A program made the position numbers and the translations under genes. The notes under the pieces were generated by a model that worked only from the letters and a program-made list of their open reading frames with translations, was not told where the DNA came from and made no database searches. From positions 186,001 to 250,000 of the forward strand of contig CBFDEM010000020.1 in assembly GCA_965603825.1 (NCBI GenBank): a stretch of 64,000 bases of DNA, written 5' to 3'. This document shows, piece after piece, positions 10,363 through 23,300 of the stretch (positions are counted from its first letter, which is position 1; each line of letters begins with the position of its first letter). The DNA comes from Blepharisma stoltei ATCC 30299. Taxonomy: Eukaryota > Protista > Ciliophora.

Positions 10363-12441
10363 TTAAGCTTTAGTGCTCTTGATCTTTTTAAGGATAGGCA
10401 GCCACTCAGGCTTTGAATAGGTTGTAGGATCGCTTTCAACGTACCGGACAATTTTAGCATAAGCTTGGCCATCAGCTTCTCCAATCACAGAGCCTAAAAA
10501 TTGGTCAGGAACTGTGATTGCGTCAATAATTCTAATGCTGATATCTCTCAATTCTTGGCATAAAAAGAGTTCTGTGTCTCTAACTATTTTCGCTTGTGCA
10601 GCATTGAAAGCATGCTCTAAATAAATGCCTAACTGTTTTTCGATTCTTTCGACGACGTACAAGTAAAATATATTTTTCACGATATTTGCAGTCTTTTGGC
10701 ATTTTTCGGCCAGGGTTTGTACAAATTTCCATAGCTGCATTGTGCAAATGTATTCTCCATAAGCCTTTCCTATTTCTTGTATGTAATGGACTTGAGTATT
10801 ATTCCACACATCCATCACATCAGAATAAACTGCTGCGTTATCCCTCAGCGCTACAAGGCTTTGATTAATCACATAGTTGACCTTGTACTCCATAAGTTCG
10901 ATCAAAAGTCTTTGGTTTAAAAGAGTTTCCCTATTCTCAAAGTGAGCTTTATAAGTTTTTAGATGCTCAAAGTCTACATCTAAATATAGCAGATTTGGAT
11001 TTTTTATCTTTTCGCCTTTGAAAGTGTGCTGGACTTGCTTGAGAATAACTTTTCCGCATTGCTGCAATAAAATAATGTTGTCTCCTTCCCAAGTGGGATG
11101 GCAGTCCTGCTCATTTCTGATGTTTCCTAAGGCAGAGCATGCTAAAAACCCATGGCCTCCACAAGTTTCTCGACAGTCTTGGACTGCAGAAGTTGCATAA
11201 ATGCTTCCTAAGCTTTTCAAGCACGAAAGAATAGCGTGATATTCGTTCAATTCGTTGCACTCTGGGTCAACCTCTGCTTTAGCTTTGACTGGGTTATAGA
11301 GTTCCATGACGTATATCATCCCAGTTCTAATTGCAAATAGTTTGGCTAAATGAGGAAGTAGCCTAGACTGATGGATCTGGTAGTCAAGAAGTGAGGTTTC
11401 TGGAGAGTCTTTTTTTCCAAACTGTTTTCTCAAAGCTCCATAGCGAAGAGCAATGGTTAGGGCTTTTCTCATATGAATTTCGCAGCCTCCAATTACACTG
11501 ATCCTGCCTCTGATAATTCCAGAAATGATGATCCCGAGTCTCTTTTCTTTGCTTTTAATAGAACTTTTGAATTTTCCGTCAGGAGAAATGGAGCTCAGCT
11601 TATCAAGCAAGGTGTCATAAGGAACTCTATAGTTTTTGAAGATCAAAAACCCGTTATCGATGCCGTTTAGAGCTATTTTAAGTCCACAGTCTCCAATGGT
11701 GACTCCAGGCATAGGCTCATGAGTATCGTTGTCCCTGATTTTGATAGCAAAAACATGGACTCCTCTATCTACAGAATCAACGATGAGTCTGGCAAATAGA
11801 GCAGTCATATTTGAGGTCTTTCCAACACCACCGATAATCCATTTTGCTGAAGTCGCAGTCGGAGTATTGATAATGAATTCTCTTGTAGAGTGATCATAAG
11901 TGGCCGTTGTTTCCACATTTGGGACATTTGACCCATGCCCCATTTCGGTCATAGAGATAGAGCCAACGTCTTTCATATCGAAAACTCTTTCTACTAATGG
12001 AAGGTGCTTAGCAGTCCCGACTGATCGGATGGTATCTGCATAAAGGAACAAGGTCACAGTCAGTTTAGTTGATATTGCTAGATCATACTCTCCAACAGAG
12101 TGGAAAAGCTGAGCAATTCTATGTGGATCTTCAAGGTCTTTTTGAAGATTAATTCCGTATTGAAAATACAGTGCTGCGATTTGCTCAATACACCTCAGTC
12201 TTCTGGTTTCTAGAGGTAGATCGATATCATTATACTTGTTGAATAAAGGACTTTGGAGCATCATACTACGTATGCGTAGCAAAGAGTGTGACCAATTAAT
12301 GAAGTAAGTGTGGAAAAGAACATCTGAGTTAATGTTTTCAGTTCTTTCACGGTATTTGCTTAGAGAATCATCAAAAGGAAGAGCGGGGAATCTTGAGAGC
12401 AGGTGGGAATTAATAAGATTTAAGCGTCTTTGCTCTCTCAT
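10363..12441 (-). CDS. Peroxisomal acyl-CoA oxidase with N-terminal PTS2
   Basis: TEMGHGSNV, ETTATYD, KWIIGG, NGIDNG, CRETCGGHGF, TWEGDN; N-terminal RLNLINSHL matches RLx5HL. Confidence 0.93.
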   Translation of the reverse strand: MREQRRLNLINSHLLSRFPALPFDDSLSKYRERTENINSDVLFHTYFINWSHSLLRIRSMMLQSPLFNKYNDIDLPLETRRLRCIEQIAALYFQYGINLQKDLEDPHRIAQLFHSVGEYDLAISTKLTVTLFLYADTIRSVGTAKHLPLVERVFDMKDVGSISMTEMGHGSNVPNVETTATYDHSTREFIINTPTATSAKWIIGGVGKTSNMTALFARLIVDSVDRGVHVFAIKIRDNDTHEPMPGVTIGDCGLKIALNGIDNGFLIFKNYRVPYDTLLDKLSSISPDGKFKSSIKSKEKRLGIIISGIIRGRISVIGGCEIHMRKALTIALRYGALRKQFGKKDSPETSLLDYQIHQSRLLPHLAKLFAIRTGMIYVMELYNPVKAKAEVDPECNELNEYHAILSCLKSLGSIYATSAVQDCRETCGGHGFLACSALGNIRNEQDCHPTWEGDNIILLQQCGKVILKQVQHTFKGEKIKNPNLLYLDVDFEHLKTYKAHFENRETLLNQRLLIELMEYKVNYVINQSLVALRDNAAVYSDVMDVWNNTQVHYIQEIGKAYGEYICTMQLWKFVQTLAEKCQKTANIVKNIFYLYVVERIEKQLGIYLEHAFNAAQAKIVRDTELFLCQELRDISIRIIDAITVPDQFLGSVIGEADGQAYAKIVRYVESDPTTYSKPEWLPILKKIKSTKA

Positions 12442-12601
12442 TTTTATAAAAAATTCGCCTAAATTGTGACGTCTAAATATGATGACGTTTTGTTAAATAA
12501 AAATGGATTAAAATGAAATTGAAAATTTGCTGACATTTTGCTTAAAATGAAAACTATTTACTAACAGCCTGAGCTATTTAAAGAGAAATATATCTTGCTT
12601 A

Positions 12602-14398
12602 TTAATTTATTTTTCTATGTAATTCTGCTAAAGGATATAACACTTTTTCGTCCAAATCGAACCTAAATGCAACATAATTTTTGGAAAAATAAACATTTCT
12701 CCCAAGGACCAAAGTATTACCAGGATTTCACCAGTCATCCTCAGGAATTTCAACAGTATCTTTGACAGCTCCTTTGACAGGGTCAATAAACGTTACCTGC
12801 CTATTTTGGAAGATAATAATTTGGTCATGAGTTGAAGCAATTAAGCATCTTCCCACCGTTGGCAGTCTAATTTTTAGCATAGTAAATGTGTTATTAGAAG
12901 CAAAGTACTTTTCAATTGAGTCTGTGCCTTGTCCTCCTCCTATATAAATATATCCTTTATATACACAAGCAGCTGGAGCAACTCTTGGGATATTTAAATT
13001 TCCAAGGATCTGCCAAACTTTGTCTGCCAAATTAAGTTTTTCGCATTCTCTTAAGCTCCCATTTCCTTGCCCTCCAAACACATAAATTGTGTCATTTAAG
13101 CACAAAGTCGCATGATTGTATCTTCCAATTTTCATAGGAGGGCCTAAATTGATATCAGACGTGGTGACATTATAAATTCATGTTGTTTTTTTCGCAGTTG
13201 ACTGAAATCCTCCAGTACAATAAAGCATATTATTTGAAGCCAGAACCCAGCCTACTCCTTCTAGACAGGCTTCTCTCTTTGGAATAGGCAGCTTTTCAAC
13301 TTCATCAGTTGCAGGGTTATAAGTAGCTACAGCTTGAACTTCAGGAACTAAACAATATAATAAAGCAGGTAATTTAATTTTTGTAGCTGCCACTGTTTTG
13401 AATTCGTTTCTTGACACTTTTAGTCGCTGTGCTGTAACGCGGGATCTATGGCTTGAAAAATCGCTAAACGAGGCATTTAAGCTTGTGTTGGTTGACGATC
13501 TTTCTGTATAAGATCCATAATCTAACTCTTCTGGGCTGTCAAAATTAGGGGAAGTGGTCACTGTTTTTACATTATTAACCTGCTTCTTAACAGGGAACCG
13601 TGGAGTTTTGTCAGTCTTCGCCATTGGTGTCTTTGAGCCTCCTAAGTTAAATTTTCCTATTTTCGACACAGGAGTCTGCTGAGCAGAGAGGGCAGGGTTA
13701 TCTATATCATTTTCGCTGATAGAAAGCGATATATGATACTTTTTATTTGGCTTAGGAAGCAAAGGAGATTCTGGAGTTTTCTCACCGATTGGGTTAAACT
13801 TTATATCGAAAAGGAAATTCTTTTCTATTAAAGGTTTTAAGTTTAAGTCAGTGAAATCAATTTGTTTTGTGATGAGCTCAAAAGCTTCCACCTGCTCTAT
13901 TGTGGAGAATTCAGAAAAATATCGAGTAACTTCGTCAAAATTGAAGTTCGCCTTTTTAATTTCGTCGAGCTCGACTTGCATTTTGGATTTGACTAGGCCG
14001 CATTGATTGATGATTCTCTTAGTGATTTCTTCAGAAGCAGCTAATAAGTCTGTTTCAATTATTTTTATGAACTCTGTGATAAATTGGATCGAGAGATTTT
14101 GGAAATCATCAATTATTTTTAATTCTTTTTCAAACTTTTCTTGAATTGCGACATAAATATTGTGCTTTTGGGATAGGTTTGCTATAATTTGTGATTCCTC
14201 AGCCTGGACCTTCTCATAATTGACTGCTAGAACTGTTGTCAACTGACTCTGGCTTAAAGGAACAGGTTTATGCATACTGGAAGGGTCAGAGATGAGATGT
14301 CTTCCTATGCAAGAACTGCACAGTACAACTTTTTTACAGAAACACACAAGTTCTGCTTCATTTGTTTTACAAAGCTGGCACAGCTTGTCTGCGAACAT
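12602..14398 (-). CDS. Zn-finger (B-box-like) coiled-coil protein with C-terminal kelch repeats, 598 aa
   Basis: CQLC..CFC..LCSSCIGRH N-terminus; kelch units (IYVFGG, IYIGGG). TGA at 13178 and 12728 join the track ORFs in frame; TAA at 12602-12604. Confidence 0.8.
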
Positions 14399-14700
14399 CA
14401 ATTAATTTATTACGTCTAAAGGAAAAAATGGATAATTAATTTGCAAATGCGTTAAAAAAGTCTTAAAAAATTACCTTAATGAATTATATCTAGTTGAAGG
14501 GATACAGATCATACGATCTGATAAACTTTATAATTATAAAGTTACTTTAAATAATATTTTTATTAGGCATTTAGCATGAATCGATTGCAATTGTACTGTT
14601 CAGAAAAAATAAATCAATAAAATTTTAAACTTGCTAATATTTGAGAAATTTTACTATAATCACTATGATTTATTTTAAGAAATTGAAAATTTATATAAAT

Positions 14701-15097
14701 ATGAAGTATATAGTAACTCGTTTTAAAAAGAGAGCTCAAACTTGTAGTATCTGCCTCAATCCAATAGAGTTTCAAGGTAAAGTTGACGCCTGCCAGCACA
14801 CGTATTGCTATGACTGCATATTACGCTGGTCTGAAGTAATTTTTTACTTAGGTTGAAAACACATGCCCTGTTTGCAAAACAAGATTTTCGTTTGTATCAT
14901 TAATACCTCACAGACTTAATTACAGAATAACAAGAAACAGAAAAAATCAAATAAAAATAAAACAAGCAAATCAGCATATGAATTACACTAATGAGACTTT
15001 AAACGCTACTATAAGGCATGCACAAGAAAGCATTAATCAAGAATACAGAATACTACTTAGAGAATTGTATGATTTCTATAGAAAAGAGGCGATATAG
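14701..15097 (+). CDS. Small C3HC4 RING-finger protein
   Basis: CSIC...CQHTYCYDCILRWSE; removing 16-nt intron 14836-14851 completes the RING with VENTCPVCKTRF; TAG 15095-15097. Confidence 0.85.
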
Positions 15098-15431
15098 ATA
15101 TTAGAGATCTTCGACACTTAGTTCTTTCTCTCATAGAGTAGCACTAATTAATTTTTTAAATTTTTCAATAAAAATATTGAGAATAACATTAAAAATTGAA
15201 GCGAACTTATACTCATAAATATATTAATTAATTTGAAGTTTCCATATGTAAATAGAAATAGAGAAAAGCCTTAAAGAAGTGTTAATTTAGCTTATAAACA
15301 ATAATATATTATATTTTAATACAAGAGCAATTCGTTATTAATGCATACTAATTCTTTATTTGTTTTCCTAATTTTCTTATAAATACGCTAATAATAAATA
15401 AAAATATTTCTTTATAAGATTGCCTTCCAAA

Positions 15432-16568
15432 TTAACTAATATTCTTTGCCAGCCCAACGATACTTAATGACCTTGGTGCAATCCTATACAGTGTCTCAGC
15501 TTGTGACTCGACTACAGTTTGATCTAAAAACCACGGCCTCTCAATGCCTCTATTTAATGTCAAAAAATCATAGCCTTGTACTTTATTTTTCCATTCTTGA
15601 GGTAATGCATTATACCCTTCAGCTGCTCCTATCAGCCCTCCAACTATGCACGCATTTGTATCTGTATCACCTCCAATTCTAAGAGTTTCAGACACAGCAG
15701 TATAAAAGCTGCTCCCATTCTTCATATGTCTAAAGGCATGGTCAAACGCAATTTTCGCTCATCCAATATTCGGATTCCCTGGCATAGGCTCAGATCTTTC
15801 AATATCCTCAAGCCACTGCTGCACATCTGGCAAAGTTGCAATATTTTTTGCATCGTTATAAGCCTTTTCTCTATTTCCGTGACTATTAATCAAGCTTGTA
15901 ATAGCTTTCACATAGCAAACTTCTGCATCTTGTATTGTTTTGTTAGAATGAGTCATCGAGCACTCTGCTTTAACAGCTTCTCTTATTTCGTCATCGTTTA
16001 GATTTCTACAGAAAACAGCTAATGGTGTGCATCTCATAAAGCTTCCGTTGCTTTCAGAGGATTTGTTGTATTTTTCTGCGTTTTCAATACAATAGCGGGC
16101 TCTTGGAGATCTGTCATAAAAAGAGGAAAATGCAGCTAAAACTGTGTTTCCTTTGTCAGGGGGGTGACTTAAAATTCATAACCTATAAAATCTTGCAATA
16201 TAGTCGAGGTTTAAGATACCTTTGCCGTCACAGAGGCCTTGAAGTAGGCACATAGCGAGCTCAGAGTCATCAGTTACTTGCCCAGGTCCAAGATGTAGAC
16301 ATCCTCCTCCTTGCATTTCCAGAGTTTGAGATAAAAGCTCATCTGTGATGCTGTTATTAAATTCTATTGCTGCACCTAGGGCGTCGCCTATAAAAGCACC
16401 TATTATGCTTCCTAAACATAAGTTAAATTTGCTATCAGAATCCACCAATCGAGATGGTGGAATATTATTTAAATCATCTTCAAAAATCTCAGCAGAAGCC
16501 TTAGCTTTTAAAAATTCTTCATGATAGTTGATTTTATTTGTATCTTCAGGGATCCTATGTGGCTCCAT
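15432..16568 (-). CDS. ADP-ribosylglycohydrolase (ARH/DraG family), copy A, 378 aa
   Basis: GAFIGDALG, GQVTDDSEL, SNGSFMR, GGDTDTNACIVGGLIGA; TGA at 16176 and 15759 read as Trp. Confidence 0.92.
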
Positions 16569-16656
16569 CTATTTAAAATAGATTAAAACAGAAAAGAAAT
16601 TAAATATTCCTTAATATTTATTTAATAATTGATTAAAGCTTACTTAATCATGGAAA

Positions 16657-17823
16657 TTAAATTAACCCTTTTGGTCTTACCTTCAAGCTAGACGGAGATA
16701 TAGAAAATAAGTATTTAACTTGCTCCTCGACTTCAAGTTGATTTAAAAATGAAGGTCTTATGATCCCTCGATTAGTGCTAGCAAATGAGTATTTCATCAC
16801 TTTATCCTTCCATTCGTAAGGCAATCGTTTAAATCCCACAGCAGCTCCAATAAGTCCTCCAACAATAGCTGCATTTGTATCGGTGTCTCCTCCTAATTTC
16901 AGTGTTTCAGACATCGCTGTTTCAAAATCGCTATTATTTCTCAGATGTCTAAATGCGTGATCAAATGCTATTTTAACTCATCCAATATTGGGGCTGCCCT
17001 TCATCGCTTTTTTTGGGTTTTCAACGTCTTCAAATCATTCTTGAGTGTTGAGACTTGTTGCCATTGCTTTTGCTTCCTCATATGCTCTTACTCTATTACC
17101 TGGATCTCTTAACAAGCTGACTATTGCTTTGATATAGCAAACTTGAGCATCCTGGACGTCAAGATTTGAATGAGTCATGGAGCTCTCTAAAGTCACTGCC
17201 TGCCGAATTTCTTGATCACTTAGATTTCTGCAAAAAACAGCCATTGGCGTACATCTCATAAAGCTCCCATTACTTTGAGAATTTTGATTATAAATACTAG
17301 CACTATCAATAGAAAGCTTGGCGATTGGTTCTGAATTACGATAAACTCCTAATGCATTAGAAGTTGTATTGCCAATATCAAAAGGACCTGTACAGATTCA
17401 CTGCTTATAGTAATATGCGATGGAATCAAGGTTTAATTTCCCATTTCCATCACATAGACCTCTTAGCATACACATTGCTAACTCAGAATCGTCTGTTACT
17501 TGGCCTGGACCTAATTGAAATGGCCCGCCTCCATTCATTTCTAGGGTCTCTTTTAAGAGCTTGGTATTTATATGTTTTTTGAATTCAATGTATGAACCTA
17601 AGGCATCCCCTATAAAAGCACCAAATACACTTCCTAAAGCTAGATCTAATTGAGTATCTTCTGGAGGCTGTTGATAAGATTCATCTTTACTTGCAGACTC
17701 TGCATTTATATTGTTTTCATCTAAAGCAAGATCTAATTGAGGAGCATCTGGAGGTTGTTGATAAGATTCAGCATTAATATGAGCATCTATTTCGTCTCCA
17801 TCTCGTAATTCCTCAGAATCCAT
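16657..17823 (-). CDS. ADP-ribosylglycohydrolase (ARH/DraG family), copy B, 388 aa
   Basis: Same motifs as copy A plus PFDIGNTT; TGA at 17398, 17035 and 16978 read as Trp; tandem paralog. Confidence 0.92.
17635..17769 (-). repeat. Internal duplication in the N-terminal extension of ARH copy B
   Basis: ESYQQPPDAPQLDLAL (17769-17722) and ESYQQPPEDTQLDLAL (17682-17635). Confidence 0.85.
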
Positions 17824-18567
17824 CTATATTTTATTGATTTTTCTATACTTTATTTAGACAACGTTAAAGTTATTAATCAAAAAATGTATGCCGAGAGGAA
17901 GATATGACCACCAGAATTATTGAATTCATGCTTTTGTTCAGATAATTATTAATTGCATCTGTTCGATTTTTTAATTATTTTCTGACAGATTTGGCTTTAT
18001 GAAAACTATTCACAATAAGTGCCTTTCGTAAAAAAATGCAATCAAGAGATATAAAGAGCTGCAGCATGATGAAAATTCGTCAAGGCAAAATTAATGTACC
18101 GGAATAATTATTTGAGCATTTAATTTTATTCTTTGATATATATGTATCAACATAGACTGTAATGTTAACAGTTTTGCTTAAATCTGAACTACACACTTTG
18201 CCATAAGATTGATTAAAACTATTTAAAGCATTAAACTGAGATTTTATAATCATTTTTTACGTTTAAATAAAAATGACTCTTTATTATTTTAATTCTATAT
18301 AATTCATGAATAAATTCCTCCCACCACTTCATGTGAGAAAGTATTTTAGCAGTAGAAACCTTAAAGATAAAATCTTTCCATGATCATTATGGAGTATGCA
18401 AGAGAAATCTACAAATAGCTATAATTAGCTATTAACATACATAATATACCTAAAATTTAAAAAGAAAGTCATAGTTTTCATCATTTTGATAATAATTTAA
18501 TTATATAAACTTTCCTTAGATATCATACTAAACCTTTACTGAATATATTTAATATTTACTTTTCTCA

Positions 18568-19023
18568 ATGGCAACAAGAACACGACTTCTCAGAGAACTC
18601 AAAGGCAAAACAGAAGAATTTTCTTTGAACAACGTAGGCGACGATTTAATGATATGGCAAGCAATAATCCAAGGCCCTTCCGATTCTCCATACGCTGATG
18701 GTAAATTTACTATCGAATTTAGAGTTCCAGAAAATTACCCATTTGCCCCACCAAAGGCGCGGTTCATCACTCGAATTTTCCATCCAAATGTGCATTTTGA
18801 TACTGGAGATATCTGCTTAGATGTGCTTAAAAGTGATTGAAGCCCAGCATGGAGTTTGGAAGCCTTATGCCGAGCTATTGTTGCGTTGCTTTCAGCTCCT
18901 AATGCTGACTCTCCTTTAAATTGTGATGCCGGGAATATGATCAGAGCAGGGGATATGAGAGCTTATAATTCGATGGCAAGGATGTACACTATAGAGTTTG
19001 CTCAAGAGAGAAATCTTAACTAA
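18568..19023 (+). CDS. PEX4: Ubiquitin-conjugating enzyme E2, PEX4/UBC21-like, 151 aa
   Basis: IFHPNVHFDTGDICLDVLKSDW(TGA 18838)SPAWSL...APNADSPLNCDAGNMIR; the SPLNCDAGN tail is typical of PEX4. Confidence 0.8.
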
Positions 19024-19711
19024 TGCTTATCTGAGATTTAAATTGTATATAGGCTATCATAAATAGATGCATATTTTTAAAGAGATTGACAAGGTTTATA
19101 TTATTATATTGATTGAAATGATAGATTTTGCAATGTTGATAGTAATTTTGAAAAATAAGAGAAATTGATAACAGATTTGTGTAAAATTTAATTTAGAAAT
19201 AAATAAGGGTTATAATTTTCATTTATACTGATTTTTAGCATTTTATTGGAATATTTTTTATAATGTTTAAAATCATTGAGATTTATCGTTATCGAAATGT
19301 TTTACAATAAATGATTAAATAATTTAAAATGTTTTACACAAAGAATGCTGTCCTTGTCGGATTATCTCGAATTCAATAATTTTTATATTTTTTAAGTTTC
19401 TTAATTTTGTTTCATAGTTTTATCAGTTCTAATGCTGCTTATAATTTAAATCAATAAAGAGCCTTTCAGATTCTCTTTCGCTCCTTTCCTCCTAAAAACA
19501 TACATTTTTTTTCTTCCACTCCACAATACCCCTAACCATAGAAATATTTGCATGATATACAATCAAAAACTCTTCTTTTCTCATTAGGTATCTAAACAAG
19601 CTTAAATTTTAAATTTCCAAATGATTTCATTAATTTAAATTTTTTGTCATGCCATTTTTCGATTTTATCGGGCATTTTTTACATATAAAAGACTATATAG
19701 GTTATAATTAA

Positions 19712-20218
19712 ATGGAACCCATCATTATTAACATGATCGCAAGTAACGAGCTCCCTCATCCAAGATGCTTAAATACAGAGTGCATACTCCTTAAATACAA
19801 ATGCAATCAGTGTAGCCACTGCTTTTCAAGCTTGGAAGACCTTTCTACTCACCAAATTGTAACTTCTAAAGTAATCCAAATTCCAAAACAAACTGACTTG
19901 GAGGAATACTCCGATGATAAAACATACTATAAAAGTCTGCAATACACTTTCAATTGTGCGACTTGCTTAAAGTCGTTTGATTCAGAAAAAGGACTGAGAC
20001 AACATGTGGGTAAAAAACACCCTCGTAAATCTAAAAACATGGTCTGCGAGACTTGCGGAAAAGGATTTTATCATAAATACGCTCTTGAATTTCATATTAA
20101 ACAAGTCCACGATAAAGTGACAAGATCTGAGTGCAAAAATTGTGGTAAAACATTTTATAACAAATACATTCTTATAAAGCACATGAATAAGTGCGGAACA
20201 AGCAATAACCAGCTGTAG
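19712..20218 (+). CDS. C2H2 zinc-finger protein
   Basis: Four CxxC-x12-H units, e.g. CETCGKGFYHKYALEFHIKQVH. Confidence 0.88.
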   Translation: MEPIIINMIASNELPHPRCLNTECILLKYKCNQCSHCFSSLEDLSTHQIVTSKVIQIPKQTDLEEYSDDKTYYKSLQYTFNCATCLKSFDSEKGLRQHVGKKHPRKSKNMVCETCGKGFYHKYALEFHIKQVHDKVTRSECKNCGKTFYNKYILIKHMNKCGTSNNQL

Positions 20219-20348
20219 AGCATTAAATAATCTTAATTTTTTAAATTAATGGTAATTTAAATGGAGAATTTAATATTGAATATCATTCATATATTTAAGA
20301 GAAATTAAAACGCCATTTTAACAGATACAAATTATTTATCCAATTATT

Positions 20349-23300
20349 TTAAGGCTCCTCTACTTCACTCACATCAATAGAAAACGATTTTGAGCTCACA
20401 CTCATAATGCTCATAGACACTTCTTCTTCCGCTTTCATAATCTTAGTGCTCCTGACGCTTTTTCCTAGTCTTGACCTAGCTTCCATTAGCCATTTAAATG
20501 CTATTTTTTTGACGACTGATTTGGCCTCTTTATCTTTCTTCGCTTTATTTAATAAAACCAGCTCCTCTGCAACCATTTTGGCTAGAGGAGTCATGACCCT
20601 GATATCTTTTTTCATTTTAAGTTGCCAAATATAAGCGCAATTGAAGCAGAGGGTCTTAAATTCTTGGTTTCTTATATAATAAGCCTTCCAATGGCTTGTT
20701 TTTAATGGTAATCCTTTAAATGCTTCTTTATAATCATTATAAATATCATAAAAAGATGTTAATGGGACTAGCTTAAGCTGCTGATTAGACCCGCATGATT
20801 CACAAGAGTTTTGGAGGAGTTTTGGGTCTTCAAGTGCAGCTTTGATCATGATCATAAATCGTGCTTTATCTACCCAGTGTAACGCAATCCTAGCAGTGGA
20901 TGATTCAAAATCAGGCTCATGAGGGGGTGTTTTCGGAGGATCTGATTTTTCTGATATATCATCTCTATACCTTTTCGGCCTATTGCAAGGCAAAGCTTGG
21001 AGCTGGTCAACTCTGTCTTCGATAGCTTTTCTTTTAAGCTCCTCAGCTGTGTGATAATCAAATAATTCTTTATATTTCTCCATCAGATATTGCTGGCATT
21101 GATAATTATCCTCTACAATATCAGGCAAATGCGCTATTAGCCACTCTTTATTTTTTCTTAAGAATTTCGATTTAAATATCCCGGTCTGTATTTTATGCAC
21201 AAGGGCGTTTTCTTCCATATAGTCATCAATTAAATTTACAATAGCTTCTTCGTCATCCTGCGGAATATCTTCTATAAATATTTTATGCCCCATAGGTCTC
21301 CATAACTGTATAAACCTTGTAAATTTCGCAAGAAAAATGGCAGAATACTTTTGGATGATAACTTGTATAAGGAAAAATAGCCATAAAATTGGGTCATTAA
21401 ACGGGTTAAAATTATTTCTCAGATAAATAGTGACACCAAATGACATGAATATTATTCCTCATGAAGCAATAGTAATAGAAAAATAATACTGCGAAGAATA
21501 GCACATATTATCTATTGATCTCCAGTTGATCAATAAAGATCTATCCAGCTTGATCCCATATATATGCTTCCATCAGTCTTTTCTGGTCCTAAATCTGTAC
21601 CATGAATAGGTTAAATAATCAAAGATTTTGTAGTCGTACACGATCTCTAATAAATGGAATAAAAATAAATCTGAAATTAAATGAGGAATAATAATAATGC
21701 TTGTGAACAAAAAATAATACCGGACATCAGTAGAGGGAATACTATAACCTTTGGGGATCTGGGTAGCTTCAGGGAATAACATGATTACTAACAAAATGAA
21801 AGGCGCCATGATTATTGCTTGAATTTGGGCAGAGTATTTAACCATTGTTCCTAAAAGCCCTTCTGTGTTAGTTCCACTTATAGGAGTACTTTTGTTTACA
21901 CTCGTCAATAAATTGCTTTCCATTTTTAGCTGCTTAATTATGATGTTTCTGAAGAGTTTTTCTGCGAACTTGAACCTTGTCATCAGGTAAATGGTGAATT
22001 CCTGAATTTTCTGTTCTAAATACTCCATAAAGGGATACAAATAAAGCCTCTCAAAAACCATCATGGACGTAGTAAATGCGTAACATTCCATATAGCTTGT
22101 AAAGTTCGCTGCAGCCATCGTGCATATAATAATATTACTTGACAAACTTGCTAAAAATGGCGCAGCTAGCAGCATTTCATTTACAATAAGCCTAAAAAGG
22201 ACTTGATTCAATATGATATCAACGACCATAAACAAAAATAGATAGGCAAAAATGCTTGAAGTAAACCTATCAGAATAAGAAATTTCGAGCTTATAAGTAA
22301 TGATAAGTGAAGCGGTTATAGCAATAATAAAGAAATACAGCCGCTTATAGAGAGGAGATTCTTCAATTGTTTCATCGTCTTCTTCGCCTCTTTCTTCTAA
22401 ATGAGAAAGATCAGAATTATCAGTAGAATGCCCTGATCGGTCATCTTTAGTGTAATCTTCTGAGTCAGCTTTGTGCTTGTGTGCTTTATGCTCATCCACA
22501 CTTGAAACTCCAGTACTTGAGCTTTCAGGGGCTTCAGGTTTTTCTTTTGGGGAAGGAATTAAGAGATAAGCACCATAATAAACAAATGCAAAACCTGCAA
22601 AAATTAAAGCAGTCCCAAGCCTTCCACGGTTATTATTGTCTTGATCGCTTTTACTGATTGCTTGGCCTATGTTTGACCAATTAGCTACGACAGTACTTAA
22701 TACGTCTGCGTCATATAAGAGATATAAGATGTATATTACCATGACCATGGGTGCATTTCCATATAAAGTTCCTAACGCAGGAGGCACTGTAACAACAGGA
22801 AAATATATTAGAAAATGCAGCTTGGGAGGGTTTTTATATCTGAATATCCGCCAATGGCACCAATATACAATCAGCACCAAAATAATCAGTGCAAACCCAA
22901 TAATCACAAAAACAAATGTAAAAACAGACAACCCTAGTCTGAAATTGTTAAATAAAGCAAACCACCCAAGTGCTGAGTACTTAACTTTCAAAGTATAAGA
23001 CGGATGATCACTTTTGCTTAAGTCTAAACTATAATCTTCTAAACTAACTGAAGCGCTTATAATGTTTTTGGTAGAGGAGTCTTTTTGATAGTATTCTATT
23101 TCAAGCACAACTGTGGTAGGAATTCCGTTACTCGAACTGGGTCTAAAAGTAACTGGCACAATATTATCACTAGTGATTAAAATATCATTAGTAAACGTAG
23201 AGTCATAGCCATTTTCTCCTGTCGCGAAATATGACCCTGTAGATTGGGGATCTGAAGTCAAATAAAATAATACAGTGTCTTGGGATAAGGAAAACCAAAA

